A stretch of 50,720 nucleotides of DNA, from positions 1 through 50,720 of the IMG/VR virus record IMGVR_UViG_3300023179_000002. One strand, 5' to 3'. The DNA is from a virus. Taxonomy: Duplodnaviria > Caudoviricetes. Shown here piece after piece: positions 1-7,577 of this stretch. Positions within the stretch are counted from its first letter, which is position 1. Each line of letters begins with the position of its first letter. The position numbers and the translations under genes were made by a program. A model generated the notes under the pieces. The model searched no databases. It was not told the origin of the DNA and saw nothing but the letters and a program-made list of their open reading frames with translations.

Positions 1-127
1 AATGTTTCACGTGAAACATTAACCCTTAACCTTTCTGCAAAATAAATTACCCTTTATGGGTAACTATAGGTGCATGGCTTGGCTTTGTATGACTCCTGAT
101 CCATTGGATCATGCGCCTTTGTGCAAG
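1..127. repeat. Terminal direct repeat, copy 1 (circularisation overlap)
   Basis: 1-127 is identical to 50594-50720; 127 nt is a common assembler k-mer length. Confidence 0.95.
3..18. promoter_or_regulatory. parS: parS site 1, perfect chromosomal consensus
   Basis: TGTTTCACGTGAAACA; palindrome extends over 1-20. Confidence 0.85.
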
Positions 128-130
128 GAT

Positions 131-146
131 CGTTGCACGTGAAACA
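131..146. promoter_or_regulatory. parS: parS site 2
   Basis: CGTTGCACGTGAAACA, 1 mismatch to TGTTNCACGTGAAACA. Confidence 0.75.
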
Positions 147-202
147 TGGTGCAGGGTGCATGGTGACTACGTAAAGGGGAGAGGCATAAGGCGCAAGGGG
201 AT

Positions 203-218
203 TGTTTCCCGTGAAACA
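203..218. promoter_or_regulatory. parS: parS site 3
   Basis: TGTTTCCCGTGAAACA, 1 mismatch to consensus. Confidence 0.75.
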
Positions 219-264
219 TGGATCATGGCCCGTGGTTAAGTACTTACTGGAAAAAGGTAAGAGG

Positions 265-280
265 TTAAGGGCCCATTAAC
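265..280. promoter_or_regulatory. CtrA-binding box
   Basis: TTAA-GGGCCCA-TTAAC, exact TTAA-N7-TTAAC, intergenic. Confidence 0.6.
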
Positions 281-339
281 CTTGATTAATATCTCATTAC
301 ATACCGAAAAGGGATAATGATTGTACCTTTTTGGACAAT

Positions 340-660
340 GTTACCTGAAAATAAAAAGTTATTACCTGAAAAAGGTAAGGCCCCTTTTGCCACCATGGAA
401 AGATTAGATATTTCAAAGGATTATTCTATATATCTTTTATATATCATTTTTTTAATAATAATAAAATATTAATAGTATAATATATATATATATATACTAT
501 TTTTATATTGTAAACACAAAAGCAGTTTTTGAAAAACACAAAAATTTATCTTTGTTTTTCAATGGCATAGCCAGGGGGCCTTTGGCAAAAAAAAATTATC
601 CTTATTTTTCTAACAAGTTATGCCGAATATGTTGCATATTTTTTACTTTGTTACCCCTAA
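340..660. other. Very AT-rich non-coding tract, candidate replication origin or unwinding element
   Basis: (TA)n run at about 478-497 and poly-A/T tracts in the largest non-coding region. Confidence 0.45.
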
Positions 661-800
661 CCCTTAATCTCTAACCTTTATTCGGTAGCAAATAACCAAG
701 CGAGGCGCGGAGATTAGTCAATGAACCTTAGAACCTACACAAAGTGTAGCCAGCTTACCCCTGAACATGTATAAAAGCAATTTTATTGCGCAAATTAACC

Positions 801-829
801 TTGACTCATGGGCCATGAACCGTTATATC
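801..829 (+). promoter_or_regulatory. Sigma70-type early promoter
   Basis: TTGACT-N17-TATATC upstream of the first gene; GANTC (803-807) overlaps the -35; TTAACC half-site just upstream. Confidence 0.7.
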
Positions 830-839
830 TATTCACATG

Positions 840-861
840 TAAAGGGCACTTCCGCCCTTTA
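840..861 (+). promoter_or_regulatory. 5' leader hairpin of early transcript
   Basis: TAAAGGGC-ACTTCC-GCCCTTTA. Confidence 0.4.
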
Positions 862-881
862 ATAGAAAGCGAGAGAAAACC

Positions 882-1073
882 ATGGCAAATCAAATCCAAG
901 TTCAAATCCAAGTTCAAATCAAAACAGTCTATGGCAAAGAGGCGATCTATCCTGTATGCGAGCAGGGCAAGCTTTTTGCGGCCTTAACAGGAACCAAAAC
1001 ACTTTCTCGCCAAAACTTGGAAATGATCAAGGCGCTTGGCTTTGAGATCGTTGTGCAGCAAGTGACCCTATAA
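882..1073 (+). CDS. Conserved small phage early protein
   Basis: VYG..IYPVC..A.L.GTKTL pattern typical of phage hypotheticals; purine-rich leader. Confidence 0.75.
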   Translation: MANQIQVQIQVQIKTVYGKEAIYPVCEQGKLFAALTGTKTLSRQNLEMIKALGFEIVVQQVTL

Positions 1074-1103
1074 CCAATTAACCTAACCACGAAAGGAAAG
1101 ACC

Positions 1104-1808
1104 ATGAATCCCGAATCAATCCACCAAGGTTACTATTTTCAATATCCCGCGAAAATACTTCACGTTGAAAAACTGCCCGTGAATCCCGATTCACGTTTCA
1201 CGTTTGAAGGGTATAATTTTCTGGAATTTGTGGGCAAATCCCTGTACATGGATTCCAAAACAGGCAAGCCCAAATTTCAAACGGTTAACAATCATGCCAG
1301 CTATTGGATAGAAGCGGCTCCGGGTGTTTTTGTAAGCCTTGGCGGTTTTTATGACAGAGAAAGGTTTAATGTGGCCATGGCGTTGCATATTCAAGCGGGC
1401 CGCATAGAGTCTTTAATTAAAGAATTTTTGGCGAATGCCGCCGATATACCCGCTTATGAGGCGCGGCAAGCGGCAGCTATAGCCGAGGAAAAAGCGGCGC
1501 AAGCGGCCGAAGATGCACGCCGGGAGGCCGAAGCGGCGAGAAGGGAAGAGGCCCGAAGGCAAGCCAGAGAGGACCAACTAACCAAGGCCCAAGAGTTATT
1601 CAAGGCAGGGGACCGCATACAATGGGAGGAATTCGAGGCGCTTTGCGAGAGGCACGGAATAAAAATAAATATGCGCACAAAGGGAAGCGGCCGCGCCTCG
1701 GTGAAGCTCATCGGCCATGAATCAATGAATGTTTTGACGGGGAGAAGGCCAGATATGGCCCTACGATATGCCAAGGAATTGTTTCAGAAATTGAACCCCA
1801 CAACCTAA
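1104..1808 (+). CDS. Hypothetical early protein with coiled-coil segment
   Basis: 234 aa ORF, AAGGA RBS, E/A/R-rich helix. Confidence 0.75.
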   Translation: MNPESIHQGYYFQYPAKILHVEKLPVNPDSRFTFEGYNFLEFVGKSLYMDSKTGKPKFQTVNNHASYWIEAAPGVFVSLGGFYDRERFNVAMALHIQAGRIESLIKEFLANAADIPAYEARQAAAIAEEKAAQAAEDARREAEAARREEARRQAREDQLTKAQELFKAGDRIQWEEFEALCERHGIKINMRTKGSGRASVKLIGHESMNVLTGRRPDMALRYAKELFQKLNPTT

Positions 1809-1828
1809 CCAAGAAAGGACAAAAACCA

Positions 1829-2128
1829 ATGACAACACACACTAAAGGGCCATGGCATATCGGGCTTAAACCTGGGCCGATTATCTATGATCAGCATGGC
1901 GCACAGATTGTGAGTATGCGCGAGGCGTTATTGCCCGATGACGAAAACATGGTAAACGCCAAGCTAATCGCCGCCGCGCCCGAATTATTAGCCGCGCTGG
2001 TGGAGTTTGAAAATTTGGCTCTCGGGATATATCAGTCCCAGAATTTAGATGAACCGTATGAGGCATCTCTATCAGTCCTTATCGATAAGGCACAAGCAAC
2101 TATAGCACGTGCGCGGGGGCAGTCATGA
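1829..2128 (+). CDS. Conserved phage protein (HTxGPW...NAxLIAAAPEL family)
   Basis: Motifs HTKGPW and NAKLIAAAPELLAAL. Confidence 0.8.
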   Translation: MTTHTKGPWHIGLKPGPIIYDQHGAQIVSMREALLPDDENMVNAKLIAAAPELLAALVEFENLALGIYQSQNLDEPYEASLSVLIDKAQATIARARGQS

Positions 2129-2334
2129 CTTATAAAACGACTGAAAAACAAATTGCGGGCCGCCGCTGGCAATTCATTCGGCGCAAGGGGCACACGGGGG
2201 CCGACTTCACGTGGGCGCGGCTGTATGATGACCGGCGTGGGGTGTGGATAGCCTTATCGGACCCTTGGCCAGGGGCCGATTATCCCTTGCGCGAGCTGAT
2301 ACGGCAAGCCGCGCAGGTATTCCCCGCCGAATAA
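2125..2334 (+). CDS. Hypothetical protein
   Basis: ATGA overlap with the upstream gene. Confidence 0.6.
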   Translation: MTYKTTEKQIAGRRWQFIRRKGHTGADFTWARLYDDRRGVWIALSDPWPGADYPLRELIRQAAQVFPAE

Positions 2335-2371
2335 CCCCTAACCCTAACGAACCACGAAAGCGAGAAAGCCA

Positions 2372-3040
2372 ATGGAACAAACAATTATCAAAAACCGGTA
2401 CACTGGCGAAGTGATGTTAGAAGGCCAGCCACTAGAGTCGATTCTTGGAATGCACAAGCCCTGGCTGTTAGGCAAAGAAGGCGGCAGACGCGCATGTTTG
2501 CGCGGTGCAAACCTCATCGGTGCAAACCTCAGCGGTGCAAGCCTCGGCAGTGCAAACCTCAGCCATGCAAACCTCAGCGGTGCCGACCTGCGCGGTGCCG
2601 ACCTCAGCCATGCAAACCTCAGCGAGGCCGACCTCAGCCATGCAAACCTCAGCGAGGCCGACCTCAGCCATGCAAACCTCAGCGATGCAAGCCTCATCGG
2701 TGCAAACCTCAGCGGTGCCGACCTGCGCGGTGCCGACCTCAGCGAGGCCGACTTGTGCGGTGCGAACATGAACGGTATTAGCTTGGAGGATACCATAGGA
2801 AACAAATTACAGGTAAAAAGCCTGCAACTTGAAAGATACTCAATAGCCTACACAGCTTTAGATTTGCAGATTGGTTGTAAGGTCTACGATATCTCTCAAT
2901 GGTGGGCATTTGATGATATCACAATAGAACAAATGGACAAAGGCGCGCTGGATTGGTGGAAAAAATGGAAACCAATTTTGCAACAAATTATTGAGGCATC
3001 TCCAGCGACACCGACAGGGCGGGGAAAGGCAGGTAAGTGA
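2372..3040 (+). CDS. Pentapeptide-repeat protein
   Basis: About 19 A(N/D/S)Lxx repeats (about 2490-2790) followed by an LQIGC...W C-terminal domain. Confidence 0.9.
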   Translation: MEQTIIKNRYTGEVMLEGQPLESILGMHKPWLLGKEGGRRACLRGANLIGANLSGASLGSANLSHANLSGADLRGADLSHANLSEADLSHANLSEADLSHANLSDASLIGANLSGADLRGADLSEADLCGANMNGISLEDTIGNKLQVKSLQLERYSIAYTALDLQIGCKVYDISQWWAFDDITIEQMDKGALDWWKKWKPILQQIIEASPATPTGRGKAGK

Positions 3041-3081
3041 TGACACAAGCCAAATCGTGGAAAGATAACTATCGCGTAAAT

Positions 3082-3097
3082 TTAACTACTGATTAAC
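3082..3097. promoter_or_regulatory. CtrA-binding box
   Basis: TTAA-CTACTGA-TTAAC; near-copy TTAA-CTACTGA-CTAAC at 3501-3516. Confidence 0.55.
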
Positions 3098-3124
3098 CCC
3101 TAGCAAAGAAAGCGAGAAAGCACC

Positions 3125-3511
3125 ATGTACCCCTTAACCAAAATCAATAAAAAAACAAACGCCTTGCATGTTTGGATACACCCGAAAGACAGGCCGGATT
3201 TGCGCCGCGCCTTGGCCGAATATGGCCTAGCTACGGCATGGGCCGATTTGTGGGATCGTACTCAAGCAAGTGGCGGGATAGCACCAATGCCGCCCGAATT
3301 ATGCGGCCTGACCGATGATCCTTATTGCTTGGCCGAATATGCAAGCCCCCTAGAGGACGGCAATGGGGTGCACGTGACGGGCCGATTGTGGCACTATCCC
3401 AACTATATGCTGGAATGCGCAATGGAAAAGCTGTTGCGGGGCCGAACCGTAGTCTTCGATTGCTGGCATGTGACGCCGGACGAAGGCGAAACGCGCAAAT
3501 TTAACTACTGA
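3125..3511 (+). CDS. Hypothetical protein
   Basis: 128 aa ORF with the shared GAAAGCGAGAAAG leader. Confidence 0.7.
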   Translation: MYPLTKINKKTNALHVWIHPKDRPDLRRALAEYGLATAWADLWDRTQASGGIAPMPPELCGLTDDPYCLAEYASPLEDGNGVHVTGRLWHYPNYMLECAMEKLLRGRTVVFDCWHVTPDEGETRKFNY

Positions 3512-3537
3512 CTAACCCCAGAAAGCGAGAAAACACC

Positions 3538-3810
3538 ATGAGGATATCCAAAACAGAATATCTAGCGCGCGGCGGGGGGAAGAATGAAGCACAATATAAA
3601 ACACGATCAAAAAGCGGTCGCTGGGTGTATCACACAACAGACACGCCGTATGAGAGGGCCTTGAGGGCACAGCTGCGGGCAGCTGAGGCCCTTCAAAGTA
3701 GCGGCATTGGCTTTTATAAAGAGGTGGCAAGTTTTCTGGAAGCCGAACTAAGAGCCAGTAAACAAGGCAATGCTATGAAACACCCTAACCAGGAAAGCCC
3801 CGGACCATGA
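3538..3810 (+). CDS. Hypothetical protein
   Basis: Same leader motif; 90 aa. Confidence 0.65.
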   Translation: MRISKTEYLARGGGKNEAQYKTRSKSGRWVYHTTDTPYERALRAQLRAAEALQSSGIGFYKEVASFLEAELRASKQGNAMKHPNQESPGP

Positions 3811-4166
3811 CTCTTAGAGCACGCAGAGACCCGACCAGAATCGTGATGCTGAAGCGATTGCGGGGCCGATATGAGATATTCTTGCAGACCGAGAGTAAGG
3901 ACCGGCGCCGATATCTGTATGTCAGAGATATACGCTACGGGATCAAGGCGAGGCCGACCATATGCCGGCGCCAATACCATAAAATCTCAGTGATATACCC
4001 TGGGGGGTTTGATCCACCTAGGTATGTGACCCAAGCCCTTGAAACCCTGTTTAAACGGCCCCACGGCCGGCAAACACGGTTTGCGCGGGCCGCTATGGCG
4101 GGGCCGACCGTGGCGAACGTGCAAGCGGCCTATACACCCTTAACCAAGAAGGACCTTGGACCATGA
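3807..4166 (+). CDS. Basic hypothetical protein
   Basis: ATGA overlaps at both ends. Confidence 0.55.
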   Translation: MTLRARRDPTRIVMLKRLRGRYEIFLQTESKDRRRYLYVRDIRYGIKARPTICRRQYHKISVIYPGGFDPPRYVTQALETLFKRPHGRQTRFARAAMAGPTVANVQAAYTPLTKKDLGP

Positions 4167-4465
4167 CTCATTGCTCCCCGATCTGGCACCGAACCGGTGC
4201 CGACACTGGCTCCGGTGCCCCTGTGAAGGGCCGAGGCCGAAAGACGTGGCCCGAGATTATCCGAACGATCCGGCTTTTTCTGTATATGCTCAGCACGTTT
4301 GTGCTGGTCACGGGCATATGGGCCGGTGCCGATCGCGTGGCGACAAGCTACGCGACCTTAACCAAGGCCGTTGTCCGGCAAACTCACTGCGCCGAGCAAT
4401 GGGCCGAGGTTTTAATGCCCTTGGCGAAGCGGAGCCGATCAACCCAAACTGTAAGAAAGGACTAA
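4163..4465 (+). CDS. Hypothetical membrane protein
   Basis: AGGA RBS, one hydrophobic segment LFLYMLSTFVLVTGIWAG. Confidence 0.55.
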   Translation: MTHCSPIWHRTGADTGSGAPVKGRGRKTWPEIIRTIRLFLYMLSTFVLVTGIWAGADRVATSYATLTKAVVRQTHCAEQWAEVLMPLAKRSRSTQTVRKD

Positions 4466-4470
4466 GGACC

Positions 4471-4980
4471 ATGAAACTTTATTTTATTGACCATGCCACT
4501 GAGCAGGGCCGACGCCGACAATGGACAACGACCCTGCGCCGATTGAAACAAATCTATGCAGAGCTGGCCGACGACCAGAAAGCCGATGCCGTGGCCGAGG
4601 CCTACGAGTGCCCCCGCACGACGAAAAAAATGCAGGAGCAGTGGGCCGATTTTCTTGGTCGGTTACAGGCCGCGCCGAAGGAGATGCCCGCCGACGCCGA
4701 TCTTGCCGTGGTTCCTCAGGCGCCGGTGCCGCGCCTCCCCTATCGCGCCCTCGTGTCGGCACGTTACGATATGCGATGGACCATGGACCAATATCAATGG
4801 CCCGTGGAGTTGGTGATCACCGATAAGCAGACCGGCGCCGTTTATTCTTTCGGCAAGGATCTCGATGAAGCCCGGCGCGTGTACCAGCGATTGCAAAAAA
4901 CTTTTCGTGGCAGCCACCGAGTTTTCGAGGCCGAAGTGGCAAAAGTTTTGGAAGAGAGGAACCATGTTAACCAAAAATAG
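4471..4980 (+). CDS. Hypothetical protein (start trimmed to MKLYFID)
   Basis: AAGGA RBS before ATG 4471, in frame with ORF 4156..4980. Confidence 0.65.
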   Translation: MKLYFIDHATEQGRRRQWTTTLRRLKQIYAELADDQKADAVAEAYECPRTTKKMQEQWADFLGRLQAAPKEMPADADLAVVPQAPVPRLPYRALVSARYDMRWTMDQYQWPVELVITDKQTGAVYSFGKDLDEARRVYQRLQKTFRGSHRVFEAEVAKVLEERNHVNQK

Positions 4981-4981
4981 A

Positions 4982-5010
4982 TTGACACACACCGACCGTT
5001 GCCGTACCAT
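4982..5010 (+). promoter_or_regulatory. Sigma70 promoter upstream of the tRNA-like/CysRS unit
   Basis: TTGACA-N17-TACCAT. Confidence 0.7.
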
Positions 5011-5035
5011 CCAGCCCCAGAAAGGTAGAAAGACC

Positions 5036-5266
5036 ATGGACCATGAATCTCGCGCCGACATGCCCGACTTTAACGCATGGGCTTTCGCTATTTTTCGCCT
5101 GACATTCGGAGAAAAAGAAGACGAGCAGGTGGTGATTGACCGCCTGAAGCTGGCGCTTGCGGCAGCTTATAGCCGAGGCTTCGCGCATGCTGTGGCCGGT
5201 GCCGACCTCCCTAAAAAAGCAAAACCTCGGAAACCCCACAAGCCCAAGCCGCGGGGGAAAAAATGA
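5036..5266 (+). CDS. Hypothetical protein with basic tail
   Basis: AAAGG leader then ATG 5036. Confidence 0.6.
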   Translation: MDHESRADMPDFNAWAFAIFRLTFGEKEDEQVVIDRLKLALAAAYSRGFAHAVAGADLPKKAKPRKPHKPKPRGKK

Positions 5267-5274
5267 CAAGATAT

Positions 5275-5357
5275 GTGCATGTAGCCCAGTTGGTTGAGGC
5301 GAATCCTTGTGCGCACAGGGAGGAAAGATACAGGTTCGAGTCCTGTCATGCACACCA
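5275..5357 (+). tRNA. tRNA-like gene with aberrant anticodon arm (positional anticodon GTG, His-like)
   Basis: Acceptor GTGCATG/CATGCAC + A + CCA; D arm GCC..TGG..GGC; T arm ACAGG-TTCGAGT-CCTGT; anticodon arm non-canonical. Confidence 0.8.
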
Positions 5358-5375
5358 CAACAAAGGAGAGAACCA

Positions 5376-5591
5376 ATGACCGCAACACAATTCTTAGATT
5401 ACATTCACAAGGCGGGAAGTGTTCCCGAAAAGCTTGAAGCTGTGGCTGAATACCTGAATGATTACCCAAATACACCCGTATTTGACCTGAAGTGCATGCT
5501 CCGGGCTGCAGCGTACGCTTCTCGTAGAGGTATTAGAAAATACTACCCTAGCGCAGAGCCGTCACCCCAGTACGATGACGATGGAGCCTAG
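5376..5591 (+). CDS. Hypothetical protein
   Basis: AAGGAG RBS before ATG 5376. Confidence 0.65.
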   Translation: MTATQFLDYIHKAGSVPEKLEAVAEYLNDYPNTPVFDLKCMLRAAAYASRRGIRKYYPSAEPSPQYDDDGA

Positions 5592-5794
5592 GACATGGCG
5601 ATCTGCGATGTTTGCGCAGCACAAAACAAGTGTACGTGGCCCGAAGGGCATGTATGCACGTGGTGGTGCGGCCACTGTGACCATTGCGGTTTGGACGATC
5701 AATCAGTTTGCGACGAGAGCGATTGGCAGTGGCCCAAGGGATCTCGGAACTGGGGACAAAGGGAGTTTTAACCGTGAACACACAGGAGGCTGAA

Positions 5795-6193
5795 ATGCCC
5801 TTGGACATTGCGCCCTTAGACCCGAACGATCCGGCAGTCATCGACGAAGTGATGTTTGATGTTGTTCAGCCATTGACCATTGATCCTGATACATTGAAAG
5901 AGCTCATGGATATGGGTATCGTAGATACAGGTTTCTCGCTTCAGGACAAAGAAGCGTGTCTTAGCTTGCGTTTTTGTGCCCTAGAGTGGGAATACGTCTC
6001 CGCGGAACGTTCCCCGATCCCTGAGCATGGAGGGGCGGTCATCTGGCCTGGTTACAGTGAAATTGTAACCTATGAGATACAGCCCTCTCTTGATACACTG
6101 GAGAGGCTGGGCTTTAAGATAACGGCAAAAGGCCTTGGGTCCATTGAGAATTACAAAGAAACATTAGAGGCGGAGGCTGCGTATGGAATCTAA
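5795..6193 (+). CDS. Acidic hypothetical protein
   Basis: GGAGG RBS before ATG 5795. Confidence 0.65.
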   Translation: MPLDIAPLDPNDPAVIDEVMFDVVQPLTIDPDTLKELMDMGIVDTGFSLQDKEACLSLRFCALEWEYVSAERSPIPEHGGAVIWPGYSEIVTYEIQPSLDTLERLGFKITAKGLGSIENYKETLEAEAAYGI

Positions 6194-7577
6194 AGATATT
6201 TTTCTCTACAACACGCTGACGCGGCAAAAAGAAACATTCAAACCTGTGGATGATAAAAACGTGCGCATGTATGTGTGCGGTCCCACCGTGTATGATCGCG
6301 CCCACCTGGGCAATGCGCGGCCGGTGGTGGTGTTTGATACGCTGTTCAGGTTGCTGCGCCACAAATATGGCCACAACCATGTCACCTATGCCCGCAACAT
6401 TACCGATGTTGATGATAAAATTATGGCCCGCGCCCATGAAACGGGTGAGAGCATTGAAAGCCTGACCACACGCACCACGCAGGCCTATCATGATGATATG
6501 GGTGCGCTGAATGCACTGCCCCCCACCATCGAGCCGCGCGCCACAGGCCACATTGCCGAGATGATTGCGCTGAATGAGGTATTGATTGCAAAAGGTCATG
6601 CTTATGTGGCCGAAGGTCATGTGCTTTTTCATGTGCCCAGCATGAAAAATTATGGCCAGCTTTCACGCCGCAGCCGCGATGAGCTGATTGCCGGCGCGCG
6701 GGTGGATGTGGCACCCTATAAAAAAGATGCGGCCGATTTTGTGTTGTGGAAACCCAGCGCGCCCGATCAACCAGGCTGGGAAAGTCCGTGGGGTCGTGGC
6801 CGGCCTGGCTGGCACATTGAATGTTCGGCCATGGCGCGCAAACATTTGGGCACGACGTTTGATATTCATGGCGGCGGGCTCGATCTTATTTTTCCCCATC
6901 ATGAAAATGAAATTGCACAAAGCTGCTGCGCGCATGATGGCGCGCCACTGGCCCGTGTGTGGATGCATAACGGATTTCTGACCATCAATCATGATAAAAT
7001 GAGTAAATCGCTGGGCAATTTTTTTACGGTGAATGATCTGTTGCAGAAACATCATGGAGAAGTGATACGCCTGGCGCTTTTGTCGGCGCATTATCGCCAA
7101 CCGCTGGATTTTTCTGAAGAAAAGCTGCAAGAATGCAAGGTGACGCTGGAAAAATGGTACAGCGCTCTTGGCAACTGCACAGAGATTGAAAACGAGTATG
7201 CTGATTTAAGCCAGCGCCACCAACTGCAGGTTTTTGGCCCCGCTGAAGAAGCGCTGTGTGATGATTTGAACACGCCACAAGCCATGACAGAATTAAACCA
7301 ACTTGCTGCAAAAATATTTAAGTTGCCTCTTGGCTCTGATGAACGAAAAAAATTGTCTCACACCCTCAGATACTCAGCTCAATTCCTTGGGCTGCTGTAT
7401 TGGACGATTGACAGACCTGTACTTGATGCCCTGCTTCGAGAGTATGCTCAGGCGCGATACAACAAAGATTTTGCCAAGGTTGACCAATTACGCGCTGAGA
7501 TTCAAAAGCTGGGCGTGCAAATTGAGGATGGCCCCAAGGGCACATATTCACTTCGGCCATTTTGGAGATCGTTTTGA
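6183..7577 (+). CDS. cysS: Cysteinyl-tRNA synthetase
   Basis: MYVCGPTVY, HLGN (HIGH), RNITDVDDK, DFVLWK, GRPGWHIECSAM, DIHGGG.DL.FPHHENE, KMSKS, DDLNTP and C-terminal anticodon-binding domain. Confidence 0.97.
   Translation: MESKDIFLYNTLTRQKETFKPVDDKNVRMYVCGPTVYDRAHLGNARPVVVFDTLFRLLRHKYGHNHVTYARNITDVDDKIMARAHETGESIESLTTRTTQAYHDDMGALNALPPTIEPRATGHIAEMIALNEVLIAKGHAYVAEGHVLFHVPSMKNYGQLSRRSRDELIAGARVDVAPYKKDAADFVLWKPSAPDQPGWESPWGRGRPGWHIECSAMARKHLGTTFDIHGGGLDLIFPHHENEIAQSCCAHDGAPLARVWMHNGFLTINHDKMSKSLGNFFTVNDLLQKHHGEVIRLALLSAHYRQPLDFSEEKLQECKVTLEKWYSALGNCTEIENEYADLSQRHQLQVFGPAEEALCDDLNTPQAMTELNQLAAKIFKLPLGSDERKKLSHTLRYSAQFLGLLYWTIDRPVLDALLREYAQARYNKDFAKVDQLRAEIQKLGVQIEDGPKGTYSLRPFWRSF

Noticed and set aside
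2344-2805. Repetitive alternative-frame and antisense ORFs, and possible CRISPR-like periodicity
   Set aside because: These are shadows of the 15 bp pentapeptide codon repeats; there are no unique spacers and no cas genes.
5309-5317. Reading the tRNA-like gene as tRNA-Cys (GCA at 5313-5315), cognate to cysS
   Set aside because: GCA cannot be centred in a 7-nt loop with a valid stem, and the discriminator is A rather than the U73 that CysRS requires.
6114-7130. Long antisense ORFs over cysS and over the structural genes
   Set aside because: Explained by codon bias of the sense genes; no RBS or family motifs.
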